Assembly: GCF_009834535.1 (NCBI RefSeq)
Contig: NC_045697.1
Span: 68,140,001 to 68,204,000 of the forward strand
DNA from: Camelus ferus
Lineage: Eukaryota
Length of the DNA stretch: 64,000 nucleotides
Direction: 5' to 3'
Shown here: positions 13,576 to 27,454 of the stretch, in pieces
How positions within the stretch are numbered: position 1 is the first letter of the stretch
How the letters are laid out: each line of letters begins with the position of its first letter
The notes under the pieces: model-generated
What the model saw: only the letters and a program-made list of their open reading frames with translations
What the model was told of the DNA's origin: nothing
Databases searched by the model: none
Position numbers and translations under genes: made by a program

Positions 13576-14798
13576 CTTCTTACCTATAAACATAGAAAAA
13601 TGAGTGTTTATTGTGTCTTGTCTTTTCTTTCATAACATCTCCCTCAGTTTTCACCCTAACCCCAGCCAATGGAGGATTTCAAAATTACAAACTCCAAATC
13701 ACAATGATTTCTGTAGTGTTTGAAGATACAATGTACCTAGCAAGAAATATTTAAAGCAGCTGCTCTCTTGAAGAACTATAATTTGGAACATGTTCTCCTA
13801 TGTACAAAAATCAAGTAATGATATGCATTTCCCAATTCACAGGAGAAAAAAATGACAGCATTTTCTCAAGATTGAGATTTTCTTTTGAATATTTTTTTCT
13901 TGTCTTTCCTTCTTACTACTCTTTATCTGCTAGGGAACCTGTAAGTGACAAAATGAATTGTTGAGTATCAAATACATATTAATTAAAAGCCTCAGACTCA
14001 GCCGTCCATATTCTTTGGCAGCAAGTTTTCTGATTGATACACGTACTCATGGTTCGCTTTTATATTGTGTTGATAAAATGTCATTTTTTTCTTGCTATTT
14101 AATGGTTATGACACTGAGTGGAAATGTTTCAGGCTAAAACATTCTCCAAGGAGAATCACTTATGTGTTGTTTCCCACACTAGACAGAAGAATTTTTTCAG
14201 TAATTAGGTAGGATTTTATGAATCCAAGTAGAGATTTTTGAAAATAACTGAAGACATTCTTTCTTTGGGATGGAAAACTTTTAAATGACTGTAAAGTGAA
14301 GTATATAGTTAACTAAAATTTAATTTTTTCCAGCAACTCTGGAAACCATATGGTGGTCTGATTTTTAGAATGCTTAGTCACTAAATTACTAGTGGGAATT
14401 CTTCACCAGATATGACTAATAAAAATTTTCTCTTATTCTTCCAATAGAGAAGAGAAAATTCTGACAATAAGTTAGAATATTTCTGAAAGTCATTTCAGTG
14501 GAGACCTGTGATTGAATGGTGTTTTACAATAACACTTGGTTATGTAATTCTTCTAAATCTTTCTCACCATGTATTCTTGAAAGTAGAAAAACATGTTCTT
14601 TGGATGCTATGGGCTGATAAAGCATGAAATTTCTTTGAAGTTTTGTCTCACTTTTTAAAATTTTATGTGAATTTTTTCATTGTGTTCTTTAATAATGGTG
14701 AATCCCCTTCAGAAGAAAAAATCATATTAAAAAATAAAAATAGTAAATTTAAAAGTAATGTATACCAGGGAAGATTTCATGTTTATCATGATTCATCA

Positions 14799-14957
14799 CA
14801 GTGTTTCAAATTTTAATGACCATACAAATCTCCTACCTACCTTGTTAAGATATAGATTCAAACTCAATAGTCTTGAGGAGGGCCTGATTCTGCATTTCTG
14901 TAGGCTCCAACGTGAAGAGATGCTGCTGGTACCCAGACCATATTCTGAGTAGCAAAG
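14799..14957. mobile_element. MER5A1-like hAT-Charlie MITE
   Basis: gggcctgattctgcatttct...gatgctgctggtacccagaccatattctgagtagcaa. Confidence 0.75.
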
Positions 14958-16579
14958 TTTTAAGGGATAACTAAAATAAAAAATCCAGATGAGTGTCATG
15001 AAGACTCATTACAGAGGCCTAAAATTCTGAAGTCACGTAGAAATATACAGGTAATATACAGGAGTAGTGATTTCTGAATAATAAATAATAAATAAAACAT
15101 GAAAATTTCTCTCCTCAATTAAATTCTAGCTACTTACTAAAATAGTTTCAATTACCCAAAAGATAATTGGTATCACTCAGTTTACTCATATTCTTCAGAT
15201 TTTAATTTAGTGTTATACTGAACTTAACAGATTTCTTTATTATGCTGTTTCTGAGTAATGCAACTTGTTCCTCTGATGAAACCAATTCTGCCACTCTGGC
15301 CCTACTGAGAATCTAAGGATCAGAGTCAGAACCACAGGTTTGTAAAGTCCCAGAAACAGTAAATGATCGGAGCCAGAATTTTAATCCATTTTGACTGGCC
15401 ATATACTTAAAAAGAAAAAAAGTGTTTATTTCCTTTGCTGTAAACTCTAAAGCCCTAAGTTGCAAAGACATTAAAAATGGAAAAAGATAATATATATTAT
15501 ATTAAATATAATTATTTTCTTGAACTTACACTAAAGACGGTTGATAGCATACTTCTTTACAATATAAGTACCTATGGCACTGAAAATATACTGAAATGAA
15601 TATACTTTTTCAGGTGTGTTTTCAAATAAAGCAGAAGAATTCCATAACATCTGACACAGATCATGGATAATATCCAGTCTCAGAAACTTGCCTTGAAGTT
15701 AACCTAATGCAAAATTCAGCATAATTGGATTATGAGGAAAGTGAGGATTTGAATTCACACTGAAATCACTTGTTAAGTCATTCTAGAAGAACTCCACCAT
15801 TTTGAATAATTTCAAATACACTTGTTGCATTTTCCTGGTCTGGGCACTATTTGTTTATATATTATGTCTATTTATCAGAGCTTATCTTTTTCCTAGTGCC
15901 TTTAAAATCAATGCTTTGGAGTGGGAGGGGTACTGAGTTTCAAAAAATGCTACAATTTGTTAGTATTCATAAAATACCAAAGTGAGAGAAAATCATCTAA
16001 CACAGCTACATTTTTCTCCAAACCTTAAAATAGCTTCTGAGAGTTTAGCAAGTACAATTAGATCAGTGACAGCTAAGGAAGAGAGAAGTCCAAAGAGTGG
16101 CTCCATCAAACCACTAAACCAGGCAAGTGGAAAACTGCATTTTGTTGCTTTCAGTTAGGTAAGATATTACCTAAATATGTATGCACATATTTATTTTCTA
16201 TGTTTATTAATTTTGAGTTCTTGCCTTTTGTTTTATCCTTCTATCACCCATTATTTAAACAAGTTGATATTTTGATTTCATTTCTGTAATCTCTAGGTGG
16301 CATTTCTCACAGTACAAGGCTTTCCTCATCTCATTTTAGTATCATTTAGTGTTTAAGAAGGTTACCTATTTGTGAACCCCAGTTTATTAGTCATGCTCCA
16401 AAGTGAACATTCTGTATTAGCCCTCTGGAAGCACTGAAGCTCAACCAGATGGCACTAACTCAAATGAACACAGGCTGATGTGCACGCAGTCAGATAGCAA
16501 AATACAATGGATGGATGGTCCCATTTTGATTATCTGTGGGTCTTCATGTACAACCAGGGTGTGCCATAGACTTTGATGT

Positions 16580-16727
16580 TTAACCTGAAGTCCACAGGCC
16601 CATGAGCATACTTCAGGGATCCCTAAAGTAGCTAAAATTGGGTGGATATATACATATATATTTCTGGAAAGAGAAGATGTTTCTTTCAGGAGCTTCTCAA
16701 GGGGGTTTAAAGACCCCAGAATCACTG
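16580..16727. mobile_element. hAT-Charlie MITE (Charlie4z-like)
   Basis: ttaacctgaagtccac...cttcagggatcc...tttctggaaagagaag...ttctcaagggggtttaaagacccc..gaatcactg. Confidence 0.55.
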
Positions 16728-16859
16728 TCTTACACCACGAGATATGTGGTCTGACATTTAGACGTGGGATTTAGCGGGCTAAATAATGCAAGCTAAGGCC
16801 AGATACAGAGGAATGTGGCAAACATCACCAGCAGTCCTAGAGATCTTCAAGAGGGTAGG

Positions 16860-17245
16860 AAATACTAGCATTGGTTGAACTACTACTGAGAGTCAGGCAC
16901 GGTGTCACATGCTTTTCATATCTCATTAAAACTAAACTACCATTCTGTGAGATGATGCTCCTTTACTCCATTCCACAGTTGAAAAATATGAAGGTCAGAA
17001 GAATTAAATGCTTAGCAATTAGACCTCAACATGCAATTATTTGTGCCAGCCACTATTTCATGCATTATTTCATTTAATCCTCACAATAACCCTATGAGGA
17101 AAGTGTTATCCTTATTTAATAGATGAGTAACCTGAAATTTAGAAATTTATGTAGCTTACTCAAAACTACATAATTAGAGAAGGATGGAACTAAGATAAAA
17201 ATCAAACAATATATGAAACATTCTATGCTCATAATTACTATTTCA
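16860..17245 (-). mobile_element. Two MIR fragments in tandem
   Basis: ccattccacagttgaaaaatatgaaggtcagaagaattaa and tcatttaatcctcacaataaccctatgagg...tagatgagtaacctga. Confidence 0.75.
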
Positions 17246-17444
17246 AACCAGATATGACTCAAATTCGTATTATTCTTACTAGGGAAAGCAACAATGTTAA
17301 TTCACATTTATAGTCTACCAAAAAAAATTCTACATCTTAAAGGGGATTAATAGTAGGAGAGAATAAATTTTTCAGAAGATCTGTAAGAATTAGGCCATAC
17401 TCTTTAGATGAGAGATATGGTCAAGAGATGTTTCTTTGCTTATT

Positions 17445-17600
17445 AGGACTTTAGGGTTGAAGAGAAGAATCTTAATACAGTCTAGTCCAATCACCCTCTG
17501 ATACTGAGTTTCCTCCACTCTATTTCCAGCAAGTTGGTATCCAGCTCTTGTTTACAATTCTCACTGGGTAGGAAATTCATCATCTCTCAGCCCATCATAA
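17445..17600 (-). mobile_element. CR1/L3 LINE 3' fragment
   Basis: tctagtccaatcaccc...ggtatccagctcttgtttaca...ggaaattcatcatctc resembles the reverse L3 3' end. Confidence 0.5.
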
Positions 17601-20600
17601 TAACATTTTTAATTTTTACAGTGGTAAAAATTATATTGGGAATAAATTATTGAATTATATTCAACTAGGTTGGGCAACCCAGGCCTAAACTCATTCAGAG
17701 CCTGTAAATGTTCTCTTCCTATTTTCATTCCCCTTGAGCATTCATCCTGTTTGGTTTAATATATTCTCTTTTGTTTCGAGATTATTTTTATTGACCAAGA
17801 ACATAGGTGTAAAATGTCAACGATCTATATTCTTGTTGATTGACTGCCAGCAGCAAGATTATCTCTCTTTTGATTTTTAAAAATCCAAATTTATCTGAGA
17901 GCTCATTGTGCAGTCAGATGGCTCTCTCTGGGAAGCTAATCTTTCTTTTACTCATCAGAGTCCATTGTGATTGTAGAGTTAAAACTGTGTTTGTGATAAC
18001 ATTTTCATCTTTTAGAAGCCTCATGGCACATTCTAATTCATAATTCTTATGTTTATTTTATTGACAAAAAATTCAGAAAAGAAACCTCTGCCTTACTTTT
18101 ATTCTCTAATGTTTTCCTTTGTAATAATTGTCAGGGTCACCCTCAGATACATTGGCAAACAACAAGTGAACAGATCAGACTAGAAGAAAATGTTGGCACT
18201 GAATTATGAAGAAACAAAACACATGCTAATAAGAAGAATGAATTACTTTCCCCAGTGTGAAAAGAAATTATAAAGAGTGAAAAATGTCTTCTGATTTTTA
18301 ATCTATGTCTTCAAGTTTTGACCATGATTGACCATGGATCTGATAGTCTAGTGATATCTGAAACTTTGTGTCCACTCATCTCTACCCATTTAAACACTGA
18401 GTAATCTGATCCTCCTTTTTTTCCCCATAATATGTTGGCAACTCAAGCTTCTAGAAAAGTCACGGTAGAAGCCATTTGTACTCTGAGGTTTTGCCGAAGT
18501 CATCTGAAGTTTCTTCAATAGAAGAGGGCCTTTTAAGCAATTTTTAATGAAGAAAACAAACAAACAAACAACATCACTAGAATTCTCAACCATTATCTTC
18601 TCTCATATGTCACAACAATGCAAGTTTTAGAGAAAAATGTAGCTTTTTGTCCAAATAATAATATAAGTATAGAATAGTAATCTCGCTCCATCTATTTACT
18701 TTACTCCAAATAACTGAAAGAGCTTTTGTGAGTGTCATCCCATCCTAAAGATAGGTGAGTATAGGTTTTATGGTCATCATGTTTTCTCTTGAAACATTCC
18801 TAAAGCGTTCCTGTTTTTGTTGTTTCTAAACTAACTCTTATCTCTCATAACCAAAAATGACATAATATTTTGCTTTTATCTATTTTTTCTTCTCATATAT
18901 GTTGCTGGAGAATGAACTTTCAGTTTTCTGTATTCTCTGTTTTGCTCATTATCTATTTCAAGTGGTATAATATAGCAAAAGTCACTAAATGACATAGAAC
19001 TACTTGCTTGTGATAAGTCAATTATATTAAAATGAATGATAAGATATTATTCTACAGACTTAAGTTTAAAAACATAATTTAAATTTGTTTTTCCATACCC
19101 CAGAGGAAATACAAAATCAATTGTCCCTTTGCCTTGGTCCTCGTGACAGCTTATCCTCACCTTTAAATATTTACAACATGCAAGTAATATCCGGAAGAGA
19201 GTGATTTTCCATCTACCTTGCTGCTCCCACAGAATCTATCTAAGGTATGTAGGATTCACTTTCTAAGTAAATTCTGGGGCTTGTTGTCACCTAAATCAGA
19301 GAAGAAGCAAGTTCTCTTCTGAGTCTGGGAACATAACTTTCCTAAATCTCATTAGAATATATTCTGTTTGAGAACAGGCAAAGAAGGGGTGGAAGATGAC
19401 AAAATAAGCTTTAAAGAGGAAGGCACTAAAGCAAGCAATCTAGCGTCATTAATGTGAGCGCTGTCAGGAATGTAGCTTGTAATAACAGGAACAGATAGCA
19501 TTTTTTTCAAAGCCTGAACTTAAAGCTTCAACAGTAAGCAGGGAAATGACATTTACATTGAGATGTAAATTGCAGCCAATGACACTGTTCATTTATGTAA
19601 GATGGGTTCATTTTGGTGTTTGGAAATATAAATTGAAACCCTGTGTTTTCTTTTAGAGAGACTCACTGCATAGGAAGTGAAACTTAAACTTGTCCCTGAC
19701 ATACCAGGAAAATGCAAAGGACATTTCACTGCCTAAATGTGAGTATTAATACAGTGTAAAGGTGATCTTGTTTAAGAGAAAATCTAAATTAGTAAGATTA
19801 TTTCTAAGTTCTTTTGGAACATCTATAAAACAGTAGAGCCTTGCATACAGAAATATGCACTTCTTTATTCCTGAACATTAGGTAAACAGCTTTACAATTG
19901 TGTATCCTAGAGATAAGTAATGCATTTCATAGAACTAAAAGACTGACAGAGAATTTGAAATGTTATTTGATTTCAATTCCTATCTTCTGGTACAAATAGA
20001 ATTATGGATTTATTTTTTCCATACAAATTCCTAAAGAAGACGATTCCTTGATCTCTGTGGAATTATATTAAAACAGTCACAACCTTTATCACAAGGAAGC
20101 TTGGGAGACCAACCCAAAACCTAACTCCTTCCATTTAGTACACTGACTAAAACCTTCCTTAGTGGAAACCCAAAACGATCAGTTACCATATCCTGTACAT
20201 TTATATTTGCCCCTTCAATAATGCTCTGCATAATTCTATCAGCACCAATCACTTTGGACAAAACTTACACCTGTCTCTCTCACCTGCCATACCGGGCACT
20301 CTGATGGCAGACAGTGTGTCTTCCCAGAGTCTATCTTAGTATCTGGGAAACAGTATGAATTCAATAAAGGTTGAGTTATGTTATGTTTGTTATATTATGC
20401 CATGTATACTACTTTTAAGCTAAACACTTTCGAACACTTCAGATACTAAAAGGAGTTATTTCGCAAACCCTTTCTGGAATTCAGCAACATACTTTAAATA
20501 AATGTTTTGTGATTATGATAATAATGTAAAATATAGTTTAGTGAGTTGCTTTGCTATTATTTACAAGACCCATCAAGTCATCGTGTTATATACTGCCTAG

Positions 20601-21014
20601 AGTACAATCTGTGACTGACTGATACATAGTCTACAACTAAGGCAATTTGGGGGGGAAAGTTAAGTGCTACTTGGTACGAACTACACTATTTGTGTGACTC
20701 CACCTCAACATCTCACTATAATCCCCAGCTTTGTTGGGAAAAAAATGATCAAGGCAACTGTATTTAACAACAAATAGAAGGCAAATATTAGTAACAGCAA
20801 TAGTTAAAGAAGACAGAGATGATGTCAAAGCTATTTCCAAATATCCTCTTATCACAGCTTTAGAGATTGCAGCAATTCTCCCTCAGGTGCCAGCTGATCC
20901 TCCATCTCCCATTTTAGAGCCCTGAGTGGCTCACACCAGCCTTACTACACCAAGGGTATTCCAAAATAACACCAAACTCTCTTAAATATAGTTCCACTAC
21001 GATCAAGATGATTA

Positions 21015-21209
21015 GTACATTCATTCAACTAATATTTTTTATAGCTTTGTCATTCATCAGACATTTTTCTGAATACTAGACAATTATTTTAAAAAACAAA
21101 TTCTTTTCTATGGAGTTTATATCTAGTACAGGCAGACAATAAATATATATGCAGTAAATATTCAGTATATTATAAGGTGCTAAGTATTATGGGGAAAAAT
21201 AAACAAGCT
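21015..21209 (-). mobile_element. L2 3' end, interrupted by MER94
   Basis: cattcattcaactaatattt...atggagtttatatctagtacaggcagacaataaa...aagtattatggggaaaaataaa. Confidence 0.7.
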
Positions 21210-21340
21210 GAGGTTGACCATATAAATTATTGTACAAAATAAGAGACTTCTGAACATATAAGGAAAGAGGAGAATTTACAATAGAACAAATAGGAATAAA
21301 TCAGAGCTGTCCCGTATAACCTGGGCATGTAGCCACTATA
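21210..21340. mobile_element. MER94-like hAT-Blackjack MITE
   Basis: About 130 bp; ends aggttgaccatataaattattgtacaaa ... ctgtccc..aacctgggcatgtagccacta match MER94 termini. Confidence 0.7.
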
Positions 21341-22179
21341 GGTGAGGGAGATGAGAAATGTACTGAGGTACAAAGAAATGCCTTAATTTCTAGGATCTAG
21401 AGGCCTGAAATTCAGGTAACTAGCTCACAGGTATTGAGTGGCAAGAACTGTTTAGAGCACATTCTCCAGAGTAACTTATTTCATCATCATTATAACATGA
21501 TGAGGTAGGTGCTACTATATTTCTATTTGATGGGTTAGGAAATACAAAGAGATTTGAGAGCAGGGTTTTCCTAGGAACCCTTTCTTCATTACCCCTTGGT
21601 TCTGCTGCCTCCTCTGGACTCCTTTTTCCACTAGCCTGAAGACCCCATGCCCACATTTTCCATTTCAAGGATGCTTCTGCATGTGATTCAATGAGATACC
21701 ACACTTACCAAATGTAGTCAGTTAAAATAAAGATGCTAAATTCTGATCATAATTACAGTGCCTGTGAAGCTGGGGAAATAATTCTTTTCATGGGTCCTTG
21801 TTGGTGACTAAAGCCTTTAGACAGAGCCTCTGGTATCTTGGCCACAGAATTATGTTTTCTTTATCCCCATATCCCCCTGTACTGGGAGTTGATGAACTGC
21901 CTTCATATCATATGCATAATTTTCTTCATTTTTATATATATTAAGAAGAGAGAAAATATAGTCACTTGTTAGACAGGTCTAGTTACAAAAATCAAATTTC
22001 TGCCTTTTCTCTAGAGGCATCAGAAATGTAATCAGAAATGTACTTTAAAATATTTATGATAAGTATGAATAATTTTAGGAAGTTATTCCCCTAATTAAAC
22101 AGTAAGAAATAAACATATGCTGTCCACATATGCATCAGTGGATATCTACTCTTTTACTATAATTAAATCAATAAAAGAT

Positions 22180-22790
22180 AAGCAAGCCAATAATGAGACA
22201 TTGGATTGTTTATATTATACAAAAATTATAAATATTCTGATAACACTCAGTGTTGCAAGAGTATTATCACATGAACACAAGCATATTTTGGTGGCAGTCT
22301 AACTTGTTATACACCTTGTAGAAAGCAATTTGACAGTACTTTACAAAAAAAAAGGTAGCATTCATAGCCTTAATCACAACACCTAGACACAAAAAAATTA
22401 TCTGAGAAAAATAAACAAGTGATGTATAATTCTAGTGGCATACGTAAGCAAAAGTTGGAAATAATCTAAATGTTCCAAAATAAGGAGATTAATTAATTCA
22501 TTGAGTTACATAAACTCTACAGAATGTTTTGTGGAAACTAAAAATGATGTTTTAGAAAGGTGTGTGCCATCAAAGGAAGGCAGCTGACATAAAAAATTAA
22601 ACTAAAAAAGAAGAAAATACAAAGTTTTGCTTTTTATATAAATACCTTTGTGTAAACCAGGGTATCAGTGGGAATTGAAAGAAAACATGCAAAATAAAAA
22701 TTAAAATGAAGTAGTTTTACTAGAATTATGGGATTGTGAATAACTTTAATGAGTTTTCCTTATTATTAAAGATGGGCAATATGTAGAATT
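22180..22790 (+). mobile_element. Old LINE-1 3' region (L1ME-like)
   Basis: gataacactcagtgttgcaagag...gaaagcaatttgacagta...ttggaaataatctaaatgttcca. Confidence 0.65.
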
Positions 22791-25087
22791 TTTTTAAAAT
22801 TGCTAAGCACAAGCCATATTCACATCTTAGAATCACTAGACAGGTAATTTACAGTCCTTACATTTTTAGAGGCCATGTAAATTAAATGGTACTCTTTTTA
22901 ATATTATTCTTGGATTAGTTTAAGGTGTTATCAGTTAAGCATTTCAAACTTACACAGAATGAACTGGAGAGAGGGAACATAACTGAGTAGAAAATCTGTT
23001 AAAAAGTGTTGATGAAATCTGTAGCAAATGTAGGCTCTGATAAAGTGTTTTAACAGAAATATTTTTAAGTCAAATTCTACAATTTGACATCTAGTCCATT
23101 TGTGTATTTTGAGGGATATCTGGAGAATTTGCTCATGCCCTGTAAAGAGATAGATCCATGATACTGAGAAAAATAAATGTCTCTGATAGTTCTTCATGGA
23201 TAAAATTTCTAAGTCATTTATGCCCTACAGCTGAGTTTTAAATTAATCACTCTGAGGCTATGATAGCCTTTATATATAACTCTTCAAGTAAAAGCTATAT
23301 ATATATAAATAAATAAATATTTAAATTGCTATTTAAATATATGTATATTCAAAATTGCTAGTTCTTTGCAAAAAGAAGTACTTTAAAAACAAGCAAAAAA
23401 TTAAAAAACATATTTAAAAGCAAGCAAGATTAATTAGAGGATTGAAATAAAGAAATGAAGAAAGTTTAAATGTATTATCCTTTCAGCGAGACTATCTATA
23501 CATTTTGTTATTCAATGTTTAGAAAAACAGCACTTTGACTTTGGCGTTTGAAGAAACATTGTATGCATATGTTCATTTAAAAAATGCTGTCTTATCAATA
23601 TTGTTTAGGAAATTGAGAAAGTACTCTTTGCCATTGTCCCACTGGCAAGTTAGTGAATGAAATCAGATGCTGACCTGTGAATGGAAAGGTTACTACAAGA
23701 TATGGGTATGTGGGTGCTTTGGAAAAGAAATAATATTGGAGATATTTACATGTAGGCATTGAATATTATTTGGTTCAAAATGCCTGTTTAATTTAAACAA
23801 ATGTTATACTAGGCCTTGTGATACACGTTTTAAGGTGTCTTGTTTTCCAAGTACTACTAAACTTTGTCAGATCCAGCAAAACAAATATGCAAATTCTCAG
23901 CAAAGTGAATAATGACTAAACACCCCTCTGCTCCAGTCTGTGATTAGATCATAGGGAGACAGGAGACAGAAAGAATATGCCCTGATCTAGATAGAGCTGG
24001 TCTTATTCTTCTAGCCAAGCACCAAGAGGAGCATTCTCTAAGGGTACTTACTCATCCAGGTAATCTTTTGAGGCTGGTTTGTTTTTGACAACACCCTCTA
24101 CAGATGGAGAAACCTACTCATTCTATTAGATCAAGTAACTCAGCCATGGTCAAGCTCTAGTTCAAAAAAGATTACTAAGACCACATCTACATTCACTGTT
24201 AAACCCTTAACCAGTCCTTTCTATGTCCAGAGCCTGAGATTGAAGAATGAGGGTTGGGAAAGGATAGCATAAAATTGATGCTATTTCTATGCTTTCATTC
24301 TTTGTGAGCAGCCTTTTCTTTCAATTAGGACAATATTAAATTATCTCACCCTAATATCTCAAAACAATAATCTTTTGGTTGGCATTTCTACTACAGTGAT
24401 GGTTAGCTCAAGAGTAACCATGATTTATAAGTGCATCACTGTATTACAAGATATTTCTCTATAAAATTAACAATGATGTTTATGGTCAACTTAAGCTAAA
24501 CAGTAGTAAGCAAGCAAAATAAAAAGTTCAAGGTAAATCAATACTTTTGGTGTAATAGGAGTAAGAACAATCTGATGCATTTAGCCTAAGTATGTAAGGT
24601 TTACTAACAAGAACATTTGCTTAGTCTTTTCTATTAGGTTTTACTGCTACATTGATTGTGAAACTGTAATAAAACCTTGTTGAGACTTTATAACCAAATA
24701 AAATGTGCTGATAAATGAGTCATCTAACATATACTGCATAATAGGTGATGGAAACCACTTTTGAAAGACTTCAGCAAATATATCTAATCAATAAATAGAC
24801 AGCTGTTTCCTAAACACTGCATTAGGCACGACTGTCACCATAAAAGCAGCAAATATATTCCACACAATCTGTAACACTGAGTTCATTTATAGAACTATCC
24901 CTAATACCTCAAGGAATAGAAGTTTCATGTGATGGTAGCAATAACAAAGGGGTTTTTGATATTCAAGTAGTAAAAACATGTTTGATGACAGAGTGCAATT
25001 GAGTTAGGCCTTAATAAAGGATGAGAATCTGGAGTAGAAGAAAGGAGAAAAGAAAGGCATTAGATATACTATGTGCAAAGTCTGCAG

Positions 25088-25900
25088 ACAGTTGACAGAC
25101 TGAGAGGAGATTATTACAGTTAAAACAAAGACTAGTGATTAACCTTAGAATATGTAAAGAACCCAGGTGAATGAAAAAGGTAAGAATCCTAAAATGGATT
25201 AATAGGCATCAAAGGAAAACCCAAAGTACAGGAAGATATGTTCAATCTCATTATGAGGAGAGAAATGAAATTAAAACAATAGTGACTATCCCCTTTGCAA
25301 ACATTATTTAAGCAAAAATTAGAAAATCAAATAAAACCAAATACTGGTGAGGATGTCAGGAACCAGGCATGCTAAGGCATTACTGATGGTAATGGAGACT
25401 AGTGCAGTCAGTTGAGGAATTAACAAAATAACACTAGCTGGATGCTATGACCAAGAAATTAACTCCTAGTTTTACATACCGAAGAAACTAGTACACAAAT
25501 ACAATGTAAGCATTTTGTTGTTTTTGTTCTGGTTTTCTGACAGCAGGGAGTTGAAAATAATTTAAATGTCTTATAAGCAACTTAATATAGAGCTGAAAGT
25601 AAAATGTGATGGAAAAATCTCTGAACTGTCTGATACATAAAATCATTTTGATAAATCCTACATAGAGATATCACTAACTTTAAACAAGAGAGGTGAACAA
25701 AAACAGCAGATTTCTAGTACAATCCAATTTACATAAATTAAAGCTACTTACATATATAAAAAAGTACAATATATGTAACTTTTAAGATATATACATATCC
25801 AGAGATATACAGCAAACAGGAGTCGATAGCTATAGTTGGAAGAGGGTAAACTGAAGTAGGATGCTGGAATGAAAGAAAAATAAAACTAAGAGAGCAATTT
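25088..25900 (+). mobile_element. Old LINE-1 ORF2 end and 3' UTR (L1ME-like)
   Basis: gacagactgagaggagatta...gttcaatctcatta...gaaatgaaattaaaacaata...aaatactggtgaggatgt. Confidence 0.65.
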
Positions 25901-27283
25901 GCAGAGACTGAAGATGAAAGGGCCAATAAACTGGGGAGTACTCAATTCTTAATACCTGGGTGCCCAAAAAAGGAAAGCCACATAGCCAGCCTCTATGTTT
26001 GCTTAGCATACAGTTACAACTCAATGCAAAACGAATAAAGTTTGGTTTAACATTATCTTGTATTTTTTAACAAGTACTTCGTAATACGTGGCTTAAATCA
26101 GCAGGATTATAAACCAAGCTGGGAATCCAGAAATTTTGTGCTTTTTTTCCCCCCTTAAATACAGATGTGAGAAAAGGAGGAAAAAATGGATGGGTTCAGA
26201 GTGTGCACTGTTTAGGAGGCAATGGATATGGGCTGGAAGATGCTGAGAGTAACAATTCAAAGCTGAGGAGAGAAGAAATTGCCCAACTTCTATCAGGGAA
26301 TGTGGGTGAAACCAGATTGACACAGTAGGAAGAAAATTTGGAGCAGGCAAATCTGTGTCATTCTAGCCCTTTCTGCGTGTCCATTAAATGTTGACACTGA
26401 GGATTCTTGCCTGCTGAGAAAACATTCTTCTTTTAACTCTGAGTTGCAAACTGCTACATTGTGCTTAATTTAAGGCACAAATGTAGGATTCCACCAAATT
26501 CCTCGCACCTGCAGGGAGCTGGCAGGAGTGAGGGAAAAAAAGAGCTTTCATTTTACCTCTAGCCATTTTCTGACACAGAATAACAGAGAACACTAAAAAA
26601 GGGAAAAAGTAAAAGGTATAGTAAAGAAGGTACTGTTTTCCATTCATGCCTCTACAGGGTAACCCCTTCATTTAAATCATTCCTTTCCTGCCTAGCTCCT
26701 TTGGCTGAGTCTTTGAAAAAGAGGAATGCAAACACCAGACAAATGGAAGTAGCCACCTCATGGAGGTTGCCCAGAAGGAGGCAGGAGAATTGTAGGCTGG
26801 GTGAACTCCAGAAAGGTGATGGAGGCTGCAGCTCCCAGCTTTCTGCTCATGAAGAATGATGGGCTGAGCCCAAGATGAGCAGGTATGCGGTTCCCAAGGG
26901 AAACTTGCTTTCATGGTTTCAGGAAGCTGAGAGTGGCACAGTAAGAAAGAGCAATCACAGTTCCTCAATATTTATCTCAGTCTCTGATACTGTTTTCCAA
27001 GATTTCCTTAAAATCAAAGGAACTCAGGTGTCACAGAATTTTAATCCAGCTGTCTCAGAACCTGTATGTTACCTGGGCATGAAAACCCACTGCACATTCT
27101 TTCTCCAGCTCCTGCCCTACTCAAATCCAGCCCCAGAGCATTTTCTGGGCCATGTCTCTCCCCTTTTAAGCCCCACCCTTGATTCTTGGCCTAAAATTTC
27201 ATTCTCTACCTACCCAACATAATTCCCACATTTTTAAGACATTGGCTCAATGCATCACTGTGTTTCTGTGGTACAAGTCTACC

Positions 27284-27329
27284 TTTTGATTCCTCCATTT
27301 AAACATTTTTGATTCCTCCATTTAAACAT
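27284..27329. repeat. Perfect 23-bp tandem duplication
   Basis: ttttgattcctccatttaaacat x2. Confidence 0.95.
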
Positions 27330-27428
27330 GCAAGCATTTGAGGAGTTGTGAAAATATTAGACTGATGGTTTGATGAAGGGCATTAAAGGGGAAACAAACA
27401 CAGAGGAGACTCTAGAGTGTAAGGTTTT

Positions 27429-27454
27429 TGTGTGTGTGTGTGTGTGTGTGTGTG
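27429..27454. repeat. (TG)13 microsatellite
   Basis: Read directly. Confidence 0.97.
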
